Positions 38,085-50,248 of a stretch of 64,000 nucleotides of DNA are shown here, piece after piece. The notes under the pieces were generated by a model. That model was not told the origin of the DNA. It ran no database searches and saw only the letters and a list, made by a program, of their open reading frames with translations. Made by a program: the position numbers and the translations under genes. The stretch is from positions 19,962 through 83,961 of the forward strand of contig RHPI01000385.1 of the NCBI GenBank assembly GCA_009103225.1, given 5' to 3'. Positions within the stretch are counted from its first letter, which is position 1; each line of letters starts with the position of its first letter. Source of the stretch: Chlorokybus atmophyticus. Its lineage: Eukaryota; Plantae; Mesostigma and Chlorokybus algae.

Positions 38085-40028
38085 ATGCCAGATCCAAGGG
38101 AGCGCGTGCTGGAGCACTTGAAGGTGTGCAACATGTGGGATGCTGACGACAACACCACCATCTAGACAAGCATGTCACGCAGCCAATGTTGGCTCTGATG
38201 GCTCGCTGACTGCCTGTATGTGCAGAGTTTGCAGATTGAGACGCAAACGATAGACCATGCCGCAGCCATGACAGTGGACGATCTGGTGCGTGCCTTGAGC
38301 TATTGTCGCGTGCCCTAATTGCTTAGCGTACAGTTCAAGCATACTCACAACTTGGTGGCAGGCCAAGTTCATGCCACAATGCGCAGGGTCCTTGACCAAA
38401 AACCTGCTATTGAAGGTATGTTATACAAATAGACATCATGTTTGTGATTTAGACACCTTGTGCTTGTGTCCATGCATACAGCGTGTTGTTGCATCAGCAA
38501 TGTACTGCATGTGTAATGGTTGCAACCGCCACACTCAGCTATGTTAACGTGCAACAGCACTGCAGGAGAAGAAAGGGCGGGTGATTCTGGTGACAGCAAT
38601 GGCTGAGACAACCATCGATCTCAAAGGTGCTGTGATGAAATGAGTTCTCGATTTCATGATCCAGTCACGCTGAGTGTTGCTGGCTTGCTATTGCAGTCTT
38701 GTCTCAAAGACTAGGCTTGGGAAAGAATGGGCTGCGGATGGCCCCAGAACAGCTCATCCCGCAAATACTACAGGTACACTACCAGATGGAGAGCACTTGT
38801 AACATGTGATAACAGCCGCGGGTTGAGCTTTGGACACCAAGAGTCAGCCTCACACGCATGCATGCATGCTCTGTTTGACTACCTATGCTGCAGCGACTGA
38901 GCTGTTTTGATTACCGTAGAATGTGGCTTCTGATGCAGGTGCCTTTGGGGTCCGTGACGCCGTTCGCTTTGTTGCACGATACAGCCAAGCCAGTGGTGCT
39001 GCTATTGGACCGCGCGATGCAGAGCAAAGCTAGGCTCTGCTTCCATCCGCTGACCAACGAGGCCTCGACGCTTATATCGCCGGCGGGACTCGACGCCTTT
39101 CTGAAGTCCATTGGCCGCACACCAGATTATGTTGATCTGGAGGTCGCACCTGTCGTCAATAAGGACTCTCCACCAGATCTGGCGGAGCACTTGCAGGGCG
39201 CTGAGGCTATTGACGATCCAACCAGCGCACCGTCTCCCAATCCAGGTAGGTTGTGCTTCAGAAAGCACCATGTAGCCACCTGGCACATACATAAACATCG
39301 TGTGCGTGTGCGTGTGCGTGTGCGTGCGCATATGCACGCACACAATGATTGAGGATAAACAGCTTCATCCTTCTTATTAGTTGTATGTAACATAACACAT
39401 GCTTCACATACACATACACATACAAGGTGGTTGTTCATATGTTTTTGCGGTGCCAATTGGGGCATCCGCACCTTAGCCAATGGCCTTGTTGCAGAAACAA
39501 CCGCAGCACCTATGAAAGCCCCTGGGAAACAACAAAGCAAGGCTCCCCCAGCTGCTGACAACGTTTCTCCGATACCCGGTGATGACGTGCAAGTTATCAT
39601 GGAGCGCGTCCTATCGCTGTGCTTGAATGCGGCGAAAGAAGAAGTAAGCGCACAACTGGCATGGCTTGTTGCTCATGTATACCTGCTACGCAACGAACTG
39701 TCAGTCGTTGTGTGCGAGTCAACTGGTTCCCAAATGGCAACTGTGGACATGTTGAGACGAGTCATGTGTGATGAACAGGTCTCAAGGCCAGGTTTCAGCA
39801 GTGAGCACGCAGCGGTGGAGGGTGCATTTGGCGCGACTGTGCGCTCTCAAGTTGCTGCAGATATGTTGCATGCGCTGGTACGTAGCTGCTGAATCTGTTG
39901 TGGAGTTCGTTGTGTCAGTACAACTGCCTGTACGTTGATACTTGCGCTGTTGACAGACGATGTTCAAGAATGCAGCATACACAAGTGGGTTTTCAGCTGC
40001 GCGGGCGGTTGCGAGGAAAGCCTTGTAG
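38085..40028 (+). CDS. YbaK/ProX (ProXp-ala-like) aminoacyl-tRNA editing domain protein
   Basis: Exons read MPDPRERVLEHLK, IDHAAAMTVDDL, SLTKNLLLK, EKKGRVILVTA, VPLGSVTPFALL, FHPLTNEASTLIS, and a last exon TMFKNAAYTSGF...KAL*. Confidence 0.88.
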
Positions 40029-40775
40029 GTTAAGATGTGCTCGCTATCGGCTCTGCTGTTTGTCACATCCACAGTAATGTCAATATCATTATGCCTGGCA
40101 TACACTCATCGGCGTGTCCCAAACAGATGTCCCTGCATGCGATGTGCATTGCAATGTGTTACAAGCTTTCTGCTGACACTGGTTGATTGTGAGGTTGATA
40201 GCTAAGATTTCTCGTGAGCCATTGTTTGGGGCGTGCATACATGACTACATGCTTGTGCGCATGTCCTCTGCTGAGCTGTGCACGTTGTTGTTGTGGTTGT
40301 CCTCGCCGTCTGCCCCGCGCTGCTGCGCACACCCCACTTGTTGCTGCTTGAGGGTCTTAGTAGTCTAGTGTCTAGTCTTGTCGCTAGAGTAGGCTGTGCT
40401 TAGTTCTGCATTGGCCCCCACATAATGTCATGAATGCTTCCTGGTTGCCTTGCCTTTGCCACCATGCACTGTTACCTACTTCGGAGATTGCCATATGCAA
40501 CGCTTGTTGGTTACGTATTAACCTATGCGTATGCTATGGTGTTCGACGGATGGGCGTAGTACATGTTGGAAGACTAGGGTGATCACTGCGTTTAGGATTG
40601 TGCATGCCGTGTCTGCAGTGATGGGTGTCGTTGTAGGCCGCACCTCGTGTGTGCACACCAATTACCCAATGTGTTATGTGACGCATACATTATCGGGCTG
40701 CTGCGTCACCAGACAAATCTTTTGGCATCAATCCTCTTGCATGTGAGTGCAGTTGCACAAGTGCATAGACCAAGC

Positions 40776-43312
40776 CTATGTGTGCTCAGTGTCAGCAAGG
40801 AATGCAGATTTTCGGGGACTCGCGGGCGGAGTAGCTTTCGCGGCAGCAGCATTGTTGGTATTGTCGGCAGCAACACTTCCCTGGCTTTGACTTGTCCCTC
40901 GCAACTTGAACAATAGATTGCCCAGCAAGCTCTCTCTTCTGGACGACAACTTGGACGACTGCGTGAGAAAAACTGGTTCAAGTCATGTAACAGTGGCAAA
41001 TGTGTGCTTTGCGTGCATTGCATTGCACTTGCCGGCGTGCTGATCGGCCGCAGCCACTTCATTATGGACTCGTACAGTGCGACGTGGCCAGTGCTTGCCC
41101 CCAACTCAAACGCCAGCTGTGAGACAGATATCAGCAGATTGGAGTGTTGAGCAGTGATGAGTGGTACTCTGTGCACAGAATGTGCACCTGCGAGTCTGCG
41201 TCCTGATGCCTCTTTGCGTGTGCGTGACCCAACTCCCGACTCAAGTGCGCCAACCTCTCCAGCCTCCAACCTTGCTGCGAAGCCTCCGACAGCCGGCTAT
41301 ATCTGTCATGCCAGCAGTCAGTCATGTTGACAGGGTGTGCGCGCACGCATCTGCGTGTGTGTGCGCGAGCTCACGCATGCACACACTCAGGCTGCACGCG
41401 CATTCGCGCGCACGCACGACATGTTACTAGTCACAGCGATCCCAACACCTCCTCACCTTGCGTATAGTTGCGGCAGCTGGTGCATCTCATCCCTCACGGC
41501 CGCGAACGCCTCCTCGCTGTCGCCATCGGGCGACTCGAAGTCGTCGTAGCCGTCGTACAGGTCGTCCTCGAACCGGTGCGCGGGGTCGCGGCTGATACCC
41601 AGGAACGCTTTGGCCGTGAAGGGAAGGAGACGGTCGGGGTGACGAGCGACGGACGGGACAAGAGTGATGCGGGTGGATTCGACCCTGGGGAAGACAAAGC
41701 GTTGGGTTGTGGGTGGATGGTGCTGTAATGTGAGGAAGGAGTTTTGATTTGCCTACTGCGGTGCGATGTGGAGAGAAGTGGGTAGCACCACAGTGGCACA
41801 CACGCACGCGCGCGCGCGCGGAGTGTGTGTCCGCACACGCACGCGCACGGGCATACACGCACACTTACACGTATGCCATTGTATTTATGCACACGCCGGG
41901 GTACATGCATGCACGCGCGGACACACTTGCACACAGGCGCCAACTCACCTGTCTTCCGGGGGTGCGATGCGTGGGAATAGCGAGTATCCCAGGTTGTCCT
42001 CGACGGACAAGCCGTCCTGCTTCAGCTGCGCGGAGTAGCCGAAGCCCACGAGACCGTACGTGAAGTTCATCACCAACTCGATCTGTGCACGCAGTAACAC
42101 AATAGTAACACAAGACATCAGGGTCAATCAACGATGGTGACGACCGAACATCAACAACAACAACAACAACAACAACAACATCGACAACGTCAACAACAAC
42201 GATAATAGTCACAACAACAACTCAATTGTAATTGGTATTTAAGTTGTAGTTGTCATCGCCGTTGTTGTTGTACACGAGAACAACAGCAACAGCAACAGCA
42301 ACAATCACAACCTCAACAGCATCCATCAATGTCATCGTCAGTTGCGACAACGAGCACCATCAACAACGACAACAACATTAACAACATCAGCAACCTCGCA
42401 CCTGCCCGGTAACCAGGTGTCCATTCCACAGGTCGAACGTCCCGTCGAACTGCTGCGCGCGTATGACGTCGTGCAGGTGGAACGACACCGCGCCCACCTC
42501 GCGCCCACCACTGTGTTGACTCTCTTCTCGCCTCTCCTTGGCCTCTTTGCCACCGGCATGTTGGTCTCCCCAACCCGTTGTTCTCTTTGATGCGTCACTG
42601 CCTACGTGGCTGGCGGGGGCGCCCGCCAGCTTGTGACCCCTCGCGTCCTCCACCCACACCTAAGTGAGTTGAAACAACTGCTATCACTCCGCTGTGCATT
42701 GCACCACTCTACTTGAAAATCACACCAGCAGTACTACTACGTGTATGCTGCTTGAGTTCATCAACTGCACAAACGGCAAATCACACTAGTAGACATGATT
42801 GCGTTGTACAAGATGGTTGGCTCCTGTTCTTATGTGCGGTGGTGCCGGTGGTGATGTTTACACAGAGAGAATACGCGCAAGTGCATACGCACACGCCACG
42901 GCGCACACATGCACGCACGCAATGACCCACCCACCTGTATCGTCAGCAGATTGAACGGATGCCTCCTCGCTCTCGCCGCACACACGGGCACGTGCACCAT
43001 CTGCTGCCACTCCACCGCTCCCCCTCCCCCTCCCACCCACGCCAGCCTCGTCCTCTTCTCCACATGCCTCGCCCTCACCCTCACACCACCCAACTGTGGA
43101 CTTGCATCCTTGTGACTGTTATTACCCTTGTTGTTCTCAGTGTTGAGGACCGCCCTCCTGGCGTAGAGTGCCACCACCCCCAGCACGGCCGGGGCGGCGT
43201 CGTCCTCGAGGAGGAGGACGCTCGCGCCGGAGGAGGAGGAGGCGGAGGAGGAGGAGGACAGGCGGGCGGCGGTGTCATCATTGTCCTCATAGCTGCCGTG
43301 GTCGGTGTCCAT
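40776..43312 (-). CDS. C2-domain protein resembling CatSper-tau/C2CD6 (ALS2CR11); 7 exons, 465 aa
   Basis: Exons 42935-43312, 42402-42659, 41949-42082, 41457-41684, 41188-41302, 41029-41116 and 40776-40972 have consistent phases and total 1398 nt. Core: VGAVSFHLHDVIR...IELVMNFTYGLVGFGYSAQLK...SLFPRIAPPEDR. Confidence 0.72.
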
Positions 43313-43610
43313 CTTATGGGGCGGTTGATCAAGAGGAAGAAGACGGGAGCTGAGAAGGTAACTCTAGAAACCAAACGAAAACGTGTGGGTTGTTGTCCAC
43401 CCAGGGTTGGGTGGCACATGGGCACGTACAAGCTATAGCCTAACTTCCGTTTGCTTGCTTTCCTGTCATGAGATGGCGTGCGCTGTTTTGTACACACGTG
43501 ATGATTGGCGATAGCAATAATGTGTTGCCGACGAAGCCAACATCCAAAAACATTCCGACCAATTGAACAGATACATGTTGATCGCACATCAAAAAGAGCA
43601 ATAACGCACC

Positions 43611-44211
43611 TTAAGTGAATCTCAGGCTCCCACAGAAGTCATCCTTATTCCAGACACATTTGTGCCACAGCAGCAGCTCTTCCGCACTAGGCCTAAGCTA
43701 GACCAAGCTGGACACCAGGGATCGCACCAGTGTGCAACGTGTGAGCACACCTCGAAGAGTGTGTGATGCAGCGTGGGTTGTTGCAAGCGTTTGATCATTA
43801 CGATCAACAACAACAGGCAGGTTCTAACGCGAGGTGACTAGAGATTGGGAGCCTACACTGATAGGTTAAAACAAAACAAAAGGATACAGACATATGCGCA
43901 CGCACAGAATCTCCACTATTCTGCCTTCACACTTATAGTCGTTGAGATCAAGAGTGTGACGACCACAATCAACACCAGCTGCTAAATAAATATTATACTG
44001 CAAGGCCACTGGTGAATAGGAGCTCACACTGATCGCTTGCAACCAGGAGCAGGATGACACATACCCACACATAAGCACGCACACACACTCAGTCGCTCAC
44101 GCTCTTTGAGCTCACGTGACACGCACGGCAATGTTGTTCGGGATCAGCGACCCCGATTGGAACGCAAAGCTTACAAACCGGATTGATGATGTGTGTGATC
44201 CGGATCTTGCG
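43611..44211 (-). CDS. Small C2-like domain protein with a Cys/His (zinc-binding?) insertion; 5' end not found
   Basis: Exons 44116-44211, 43906-43997 and 43611-43692 join in frame: RKIRITHIINPVCKLCVPIGVADPEQHCRACHYNIYLAAGVDCGRHTLDLNDYKCEGRIVEILPSAEELLLWHKCVWNKDDFCGSLRFT*. Confidence 0.55.
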
Positions 44212-44632
44212 CTAACGGATGCAAGAATGAGCGCTGTGTTGGCTATGAGCATGAGATGTATGATTTCTGCTGGCGTGGCGGTCGAAACCGTCAAATTAGG
44301 CAAGAAGATTTGGCTTCAATCATGAGGCCTTCGGCAGCCACCGCTGCCAGCTCAGTATGCGCTAAGCCGTAAGCCTGGCGCAGGCGGCGGAGACGGAGGC
44401 GGTGGTAGCTGTGGCATTGTCGGCGGCGTAGTAGCTGGCATTGTCTTCGTGGTTGACCCCGTGTTGATCACTGTGGTGACTGATAGAGACTGTCGTTGCG
44501 AAAGCAAGCTGCTCGCAGTAGACTTCCATTAGCACCACCACCGCTCTTGCGTGGCTGGCTGCTTGCATGCCGTGTCCGTGAGGCAGGCATCGGTGGTGGT
44601 GACTGTTGCTGTTGTCTTCGTTTTCCCTGTGC

Positions 44633-47291
44633 ATGGCGGCGACGGCTGCTGCCGCGTGGTCGGCGTTGCTGCTGCCGACATCAGCACAAACTGCGACAGC
44701 GAGGCCGCAGCATGCTGCGCCTCAGCTGGAAGGCAGCCGCAGCAGCTTCAACAGCAGCAGTATTCGAGTCAAGATTGACAGAGGACGCAGCCGGCGGAGA
44801 CGGGCTGACGCAGGTAGGGCGCAATGCTGCGCCACTGTAGACACCGCCGCCTCCTCAGCTTCCACGGTGACAGCGCCCCCTGCCGCCCCCTCCCCCGCCC
44901 AGGACTTCTCCGCAGCCTCCCCGGTAAGGCGTCGGGCAAAGAGAGAGTTGAACTCATGCATTGCTACACGTGTATCAGCATTGTCAATGAGCGTGGCCTA
45001 CATGCATAAGGTGCACTGCTGCTGTTGCGATCATGAGTGCCATGCGAGACAAGCTAGACTGCCTCGCTCCTTCCAACAGTAGCAGATCTTAATCAATACA
45101 GCACGCAGTGCAATGGCTTGCCTGCAGCAGTACTATCTGTGTATTGTGTAGGTTTGCTTGCTCTGATGTTGTTGTGTGTTTTGAGACTAGGACGCGACTC
45201 AGCTCTCGCAGACAGCAATGCTGCTCGCAGTAGAAGCTCGCGTACTAGGTCATGTGCAAGTTAGGTTTTTCACCTTCAGTACGTGCTTTACAACTTCGCT
45301 GCAAGAGTTTTGCACGTGCACGCAAGCGCACTTCGATCAGCTGTCTTAGTCCATATGCATGCCGTTACTTGTAACGCTGGCATGGGTGTCACGAAAAGTG
45401 CTTGGTTTGCGAAGACTTCCGCAAGCCAACTTTGACACCGTTACCATAGCAAGGCATGTACACTGAAAAGCATGCATGGTCGAGTTAGTGGCAAAGTCCG
45501 CAATAAAACTGCATATAATGCTTACTTATGGTCATGTATGGTGACTTACGGTACTTCTCCACAACTTCCACAGAACGATCCCGCTTGCAGTGGTCAGGAC
45601 GAACTGGGTTTGAGGGAAAACAGAACAGCGTATCGCGCGCGATATGCCGTGCGCTGCTATGAGGTGGGCGTTACAAGACACGCAACACTTGACTCCATAG
45701 CCAACCTGCTTCAGGTACAATGTGTGTGTGTCATAAACATGGCTTACATTACTCTAGCCAATCGCCGGAAGTTGACACAAGCCTCCGGTATGGGTCAGGA
45801 ATCAGCAGCAAGTCATGCAGTAGAGCGTGGCATGACGCCTTTTACTCACCCTTCACGATCGCGCTGTGTTCATCAGGAGACCGCTGTGGACCATGCGCGC
45901 AGCCTTGGCTTCACCTCCGACGGCTTCGCCACAAGTAAGCTGATGTCGGACAGGAACCTCATCTGGGTCTTAGGGCGCCTGCATGTCCAAATGGACAGAT
46001 ATCCATCATGGTGAGCTCTCAGCTTGTGTCTCAAGCCTTGTCAAGCCATGGACATGTTGTGCCAATAGCTGACTGCTTCAATATTACTAAATAAATTGAA
46101 CATGTTGACCATTGTGAAAAGCTAGATTGTTGGCAATGTGGTCATGATCATGGTGCATGAGTATTACTCGCATGCACTGGCAGCCATGCAAGGGGAACAC
46201 GTTTGTCATACTCAATGTGACTTTGCTTACAGGGGGGATGTGGTAGAGATCGATACATTTTTCGATGAGGCGGGGCGCTTGGGAGTACGGCGAGACTGGG
46301 TAGTGCGAGACGCTATCACCCGAGAGCAGCTGGGCGCCGCCACAAGGTTGGTTGAGGGTTCAGCACCTCCGCAGTAGTGATAGTTGTAGGACCCCACCGA
46401 GTTGTTGGTACATAAGCCGTTCATACCTCGCAGCACGTGGCTGATGATGAACGAAAAGACTAGGCGGCTATCACGAATGCCGGAGGAGATGCGGGTGGAG
46501 TACATCAACTGCTCTCCCCGGCCGCAAAGGTAGCATAATAGCACTGTGACTTTTATATCAAAGCGAATGTAAAATCGTAGTAATGTTAGAGGCCTTAATG
46601 CCTTGGTGTGCTTCAAGACTTATATATGCTTGCACCTTGCATTGTTGCTTCACATTGCTGCTGGAGCAGGTTTGCACTTGGTGAGAACAACAGCGGGTAC
46701 ACGTCCAAGATACCAGAGCTGCCAAGTCCACCTCAATACAGCAGGACAGGCCTCCAGGTGTGTGGGTGTGACATGCAGGCAATCATCTTCACCATGAATG
46801 GTTGTGTCGCATTGCAGCACAGTGCTAACATTGCTGACTCTCCATCAGGCCCGAAGAGTTGACCTGGACATGAATGCGCATGTGAACAATGTCACCTACG
46901 TTGGCTGGCTACTTGAGGTCAGGTCACAAAGTGGCCTTGTCTGTAATATTGTTGCTGTTGCATCCTCAAATTGCCGCTGGGGACATTCTGACTGGTTACG
47001 TTGCAGGCTGTTCCAGCTCACGTGTTCAGTTCATACGAAGTCCACCAGCTGACAATCGAGTACAAGGCGGAGTGCGGGGAGGGTGAGCTGGTAGATTCCG
47101 AGTCCCGGCGGGAGGACAACTTTGAGCTCGCGTCGCCTCCTCCCGACGCCGAAGCGAAGCTGGACCCGCACGCGGAAGGGGAAGAGCTGTCGTTCGTGCA
47201 TCAGGTGCGCCTGCATGTGTCGAAGAAAGAGCTCAATAGAGCGCGGACGGTGTGGCGGCCGCGAAGTGGCAATGGTAATGGTAACTCGTGA
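44633..47291 (+). CDS. FATA: Plastid acyl-ACP thioesterase (FatA/FAT1)
   Basis: Transit-peptide exon 44633-44923, then YAVRCYEVG, WVLGRLHVQMDRYPSWGDVVEIDT, RRDWVVRD, STWLMMNEKTRRLSRMPEE, DLDMNAHVNNVTYVGWLLE, TIEYKAECG and RARTVWRP. Confidence 0.95.
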
Positions 47292-47597
47292 TGCAACAAA
47301 CAGGACCATTGCACGCGTATCTAACCAATGTGAGGGCGGTACTGTTGTAAACCTGTTGCATGCGCTTTGCAATCGCAGTTGCACCCGCACTGTTGGTTGC
47401 GTGAACACATGCGCGACTACCACATGACTCTGCTGTTGGCCAGCAAAGATAAGATACATCGATGACCTGCGGTTGTGGGGTCAAACCAAGTAAATATCGA
47501 TACACATCACCACAATCAGCATGTTGCAATGGACCTCGGTGCCCCTTTTAACTCAACCTCTGCCACTGTTATGAGTTGACCCCACCCCACCCTCCCC

Positions 47598-48255
47598 NNN
47601 NNNNNNNNNNNNNNNNNNNNNNNNNNNNNNNNNNNNNNNNNNNNNNNNNNNNNNNNNNNNNNNNNNNNNNNNNNNNNNNNNNNNNNNNNNNNNNNNNNNN
47701 NNNNNNNNNNNNNNNNNNNNNNNNNNNNNNNNNNNNNNNNNNNNNNNNNNNNNNNNNNNNNNNNNNNNNNNNNNNNNNNNNNNNNNNNNNNNNNNNNNNN
47801 NNNNNNNNNNNNNNNNNNNNNNNNNNNNNNNNNNNNNNNNNNNNNNNNNNNNNNNNNNNNNNNNNNNNNNNNNNNNNNNNNNNNNNNNNNNNNNNNNNNN
47901 NNNNNNNNNNNNNNNNNNNNNNNNNNNNNNNNNNNNNNNNNNNNNNNNNNNNNNNNNNNNNNNNNNNNNNNNNNNNNNNNNNNNNNNNNNNNNNNNNNNN
48001 NNNNNNNNNNNNNNNNNNNNNNNNNNNNNNNNNNNNNNNNNNNNNNNNNNNNNNNNNNNNNNNNNNNNNNNNNNNNNNNNNNNNNNNNNNNNNNNNNNNN
48101 NNNNNNNNNNNNNNNNNNNNNNNNNNNNNNNNNNNNNNNNNNNNNNNNNNNNNNNNNNNNNNNNNNNNNNNNNNNNNNNNNNNNNNNNNNNNNNNNNNNN
48201 NNNNNNNNNNNNNNNNNNNNNNNNNNNNNNNNNNNNNNNNNNNNNNNNNNNNNNC
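47598..48255. other. Assembly gap
   Basis: N run. Confidence 1.
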
Positions 48256-48412
48256 CGCTGAGCATAAGTGCATGAGTAGCAGCTGCGTTTGTTTATTAGT
48301 TTGAAAGCAGCATCAAGGCACACTTGTAGCTACTGATAGCTTTGTCGCACGACATCCATGAAACTACTGGTGCCGCCCTGCAGTTTGAGTTCGTAGTGTG
48401 ACAAGTTGGTAA

Positions 48413-48706
48413 GTATTACAGCCCCTCGCCGCTGAGACGCACGGCACCCTGGGCCAGAGTTTTCACGACGTCATCGACACATGCGCTAGGAGGGCACTGG
48501 CTGCACGTGACCTGCCATTGCGCAGGCTATCGGGCTACTTGGCTCTGTACCGGCAGCGCGTGTCTTGCGCGCTGCAGCGCGCCCAGGGCATCACCATCCT
48601 GGAGCGGGGGGCGGCAGTCGTTGCGGCAGTACCAGGCTGGGGCCCGGTCCAGACGGCGGCGCCAACGGCGGAAGCGGACGCTGTGCTGGCAGCTGCGGCA
48701 GTGTAG
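48413..48706 (+). mobile_element. 3' remnant of an RLE-type (CRE-like) non-LTR retrotransposon ORF
   Basis: Intronless frame LQPLAAETHGTLG...YRQRVSCALQRAQGITILER. It resembles the P-x-A-x-E-x-x-G-x-x-G ... QRLSxALQR C-terminus of RLE elements. No RT domain is visible. Confidence 0.45.
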
Positions 48707-49093
48707 TTGTGTAGGCGTGCTTGCATGCCGCTGACATGCGCGTGAGTATGCTTGTGCAATGATAGGCAGGGATGACTGTGCATAGCTTGGTGTGACGATT
48801 TTGCTGTTAGTTTTCAGTTATTACAGAGTTAGCAGGCTGGCCTGTCCGGTTCGCTGTTGCCATAGCTGCTTACCATGTGAACAGCTACGTGCTGCAGTCC
48901 TCCATTATTGCACATGATTAGTAGTGTAGTATGGATAGTGCATTGCGTGCTTTTCTAAATAGAAGCCCTGATGAGCTAGCCGAGTGCTGTGCTTGCTACC
49001 AATGTGAATAGCCTTTTCCTATTGCAGGATAGCAATCAGCTAATATGTGACAAACGAGTTGACAATAAACCATGCCAGGAAAGAGAATCTCAT

Positions 49094-50248
49094 CTACTGT
49101 ATGGGACTGTTGCATGCGGGACATGCCGGATCCCTCGCAAGTACTCCCGCCGTCTCATTCTCCAGGCAGGCGACATGATAATAGTGCCCGCACGCAAGCA
49201 CCGCCACCACACCCTCGATATCAACCATTCTCCTTCCCAAAGGCAATGTCCGCAAACCTTGCCGACAATGCGCACATCGGACTGATGTTGGACTTGCAAA
49301 CCCATCATCACAGGGAGGCCTCCACGCAACGTGTACACGCTGCTGCGAAGGAGGTGAAGTCAGCTTGAGGCCTACCACTCCTGTTGAAGTGCTGCTCTTC
49401 CAAAGGTCGTGTGCTATAGTTGTTGTTGTTGTTGCTGTTGTTAATGTTGCCTGCGCCTTTTTAGTGGGTTCTGTCACAAGTGTGTGCTTCGCTCGCACGT
49501 GCTCCAGCAGGTTGCATGTGACGGCCGTGGACACCCTCACTCTCAAGCGTGTGCAACACGGACACACCTGCCAGGACAGAGTGTTGGCCTCACAGAAGGC
49601 AGGCAAGAGAAGACTTTAAACATGAGTGTGCATGTGCGTACCACGGCTTTGTGTCTCCCGGGATGCGTGTCACGCAAGTGCGAAGACAAGGCGTGCACTC
49701 TGAAGCCGTCTTTAAAACACAGCGGGCAGTGGTAGGATTCGCTCAGATGGTTACCTAACAGTTCAAACGTTAGCACTGAGACATACAGAGTAGAACTTGA
49801 GCGCTGCACACATGCTAATGCAGCCATGTCCTGTTGGCACAGATATAGCAACACATACCCGCACCTTTGTTCCAACATGAATGGTCTGTGCTTTGTGTTG
49901 TTCTGATTGTCATAGCCACATATCGACACAGCATGCCCATGATCCCGCACTTGTAACTCTCAACGCACACTTCAGAAGAGTAGCAACAAGCAACCACAGT
50001 CGATTGGATCAAACAACACGCTGTACCTGCATAACAAGACCGACACCCTCGTTTGCCCTGTGTCAAGTCAGCTGCCACAGCGGCCCTAACAATAGCTGCG
50101 CTATCCTCCTTCCTAGCCAATTTAGCCTTGGCCAAAGCCTGCACTCGACTAGCACCCTTGCATCCGCTGGCGGTTGGGAGGGCGGGGCGGAGGAGGTCAG
50201 CCCTGCCGCCGCCGACGACATCAGGGACAACGACGACGCTGACCGCAT
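49094..50248 (-). CDS. Di19-type double C2H2 zinc finger + C-terminal RING protein (putative E3 ligase); start uncertain
   Basis: HCPLCFKDGFRVHALSSHLRDTH, VCPCC...NLLEHVRAKH, and RING CAHC...LACGHYYHVACL...CPAC. Confidence 0.75.

Noticed and set aside
43611-43613. TAA/TAG-to-Gln reassignment to explain the stop between the two C2 ORFs
   Set aside because: KASI, YbaK and the DnaJ gene end in TAA or TAG at expected positions, and readthrough would not give the correct splice phase.
18366-48323. Long ORFs in the track containing X runs (18.4, 26-27.5, 36.6 and 47.5-48.3 kb)
   Set aside because: They are artefacts of translating N gaps.
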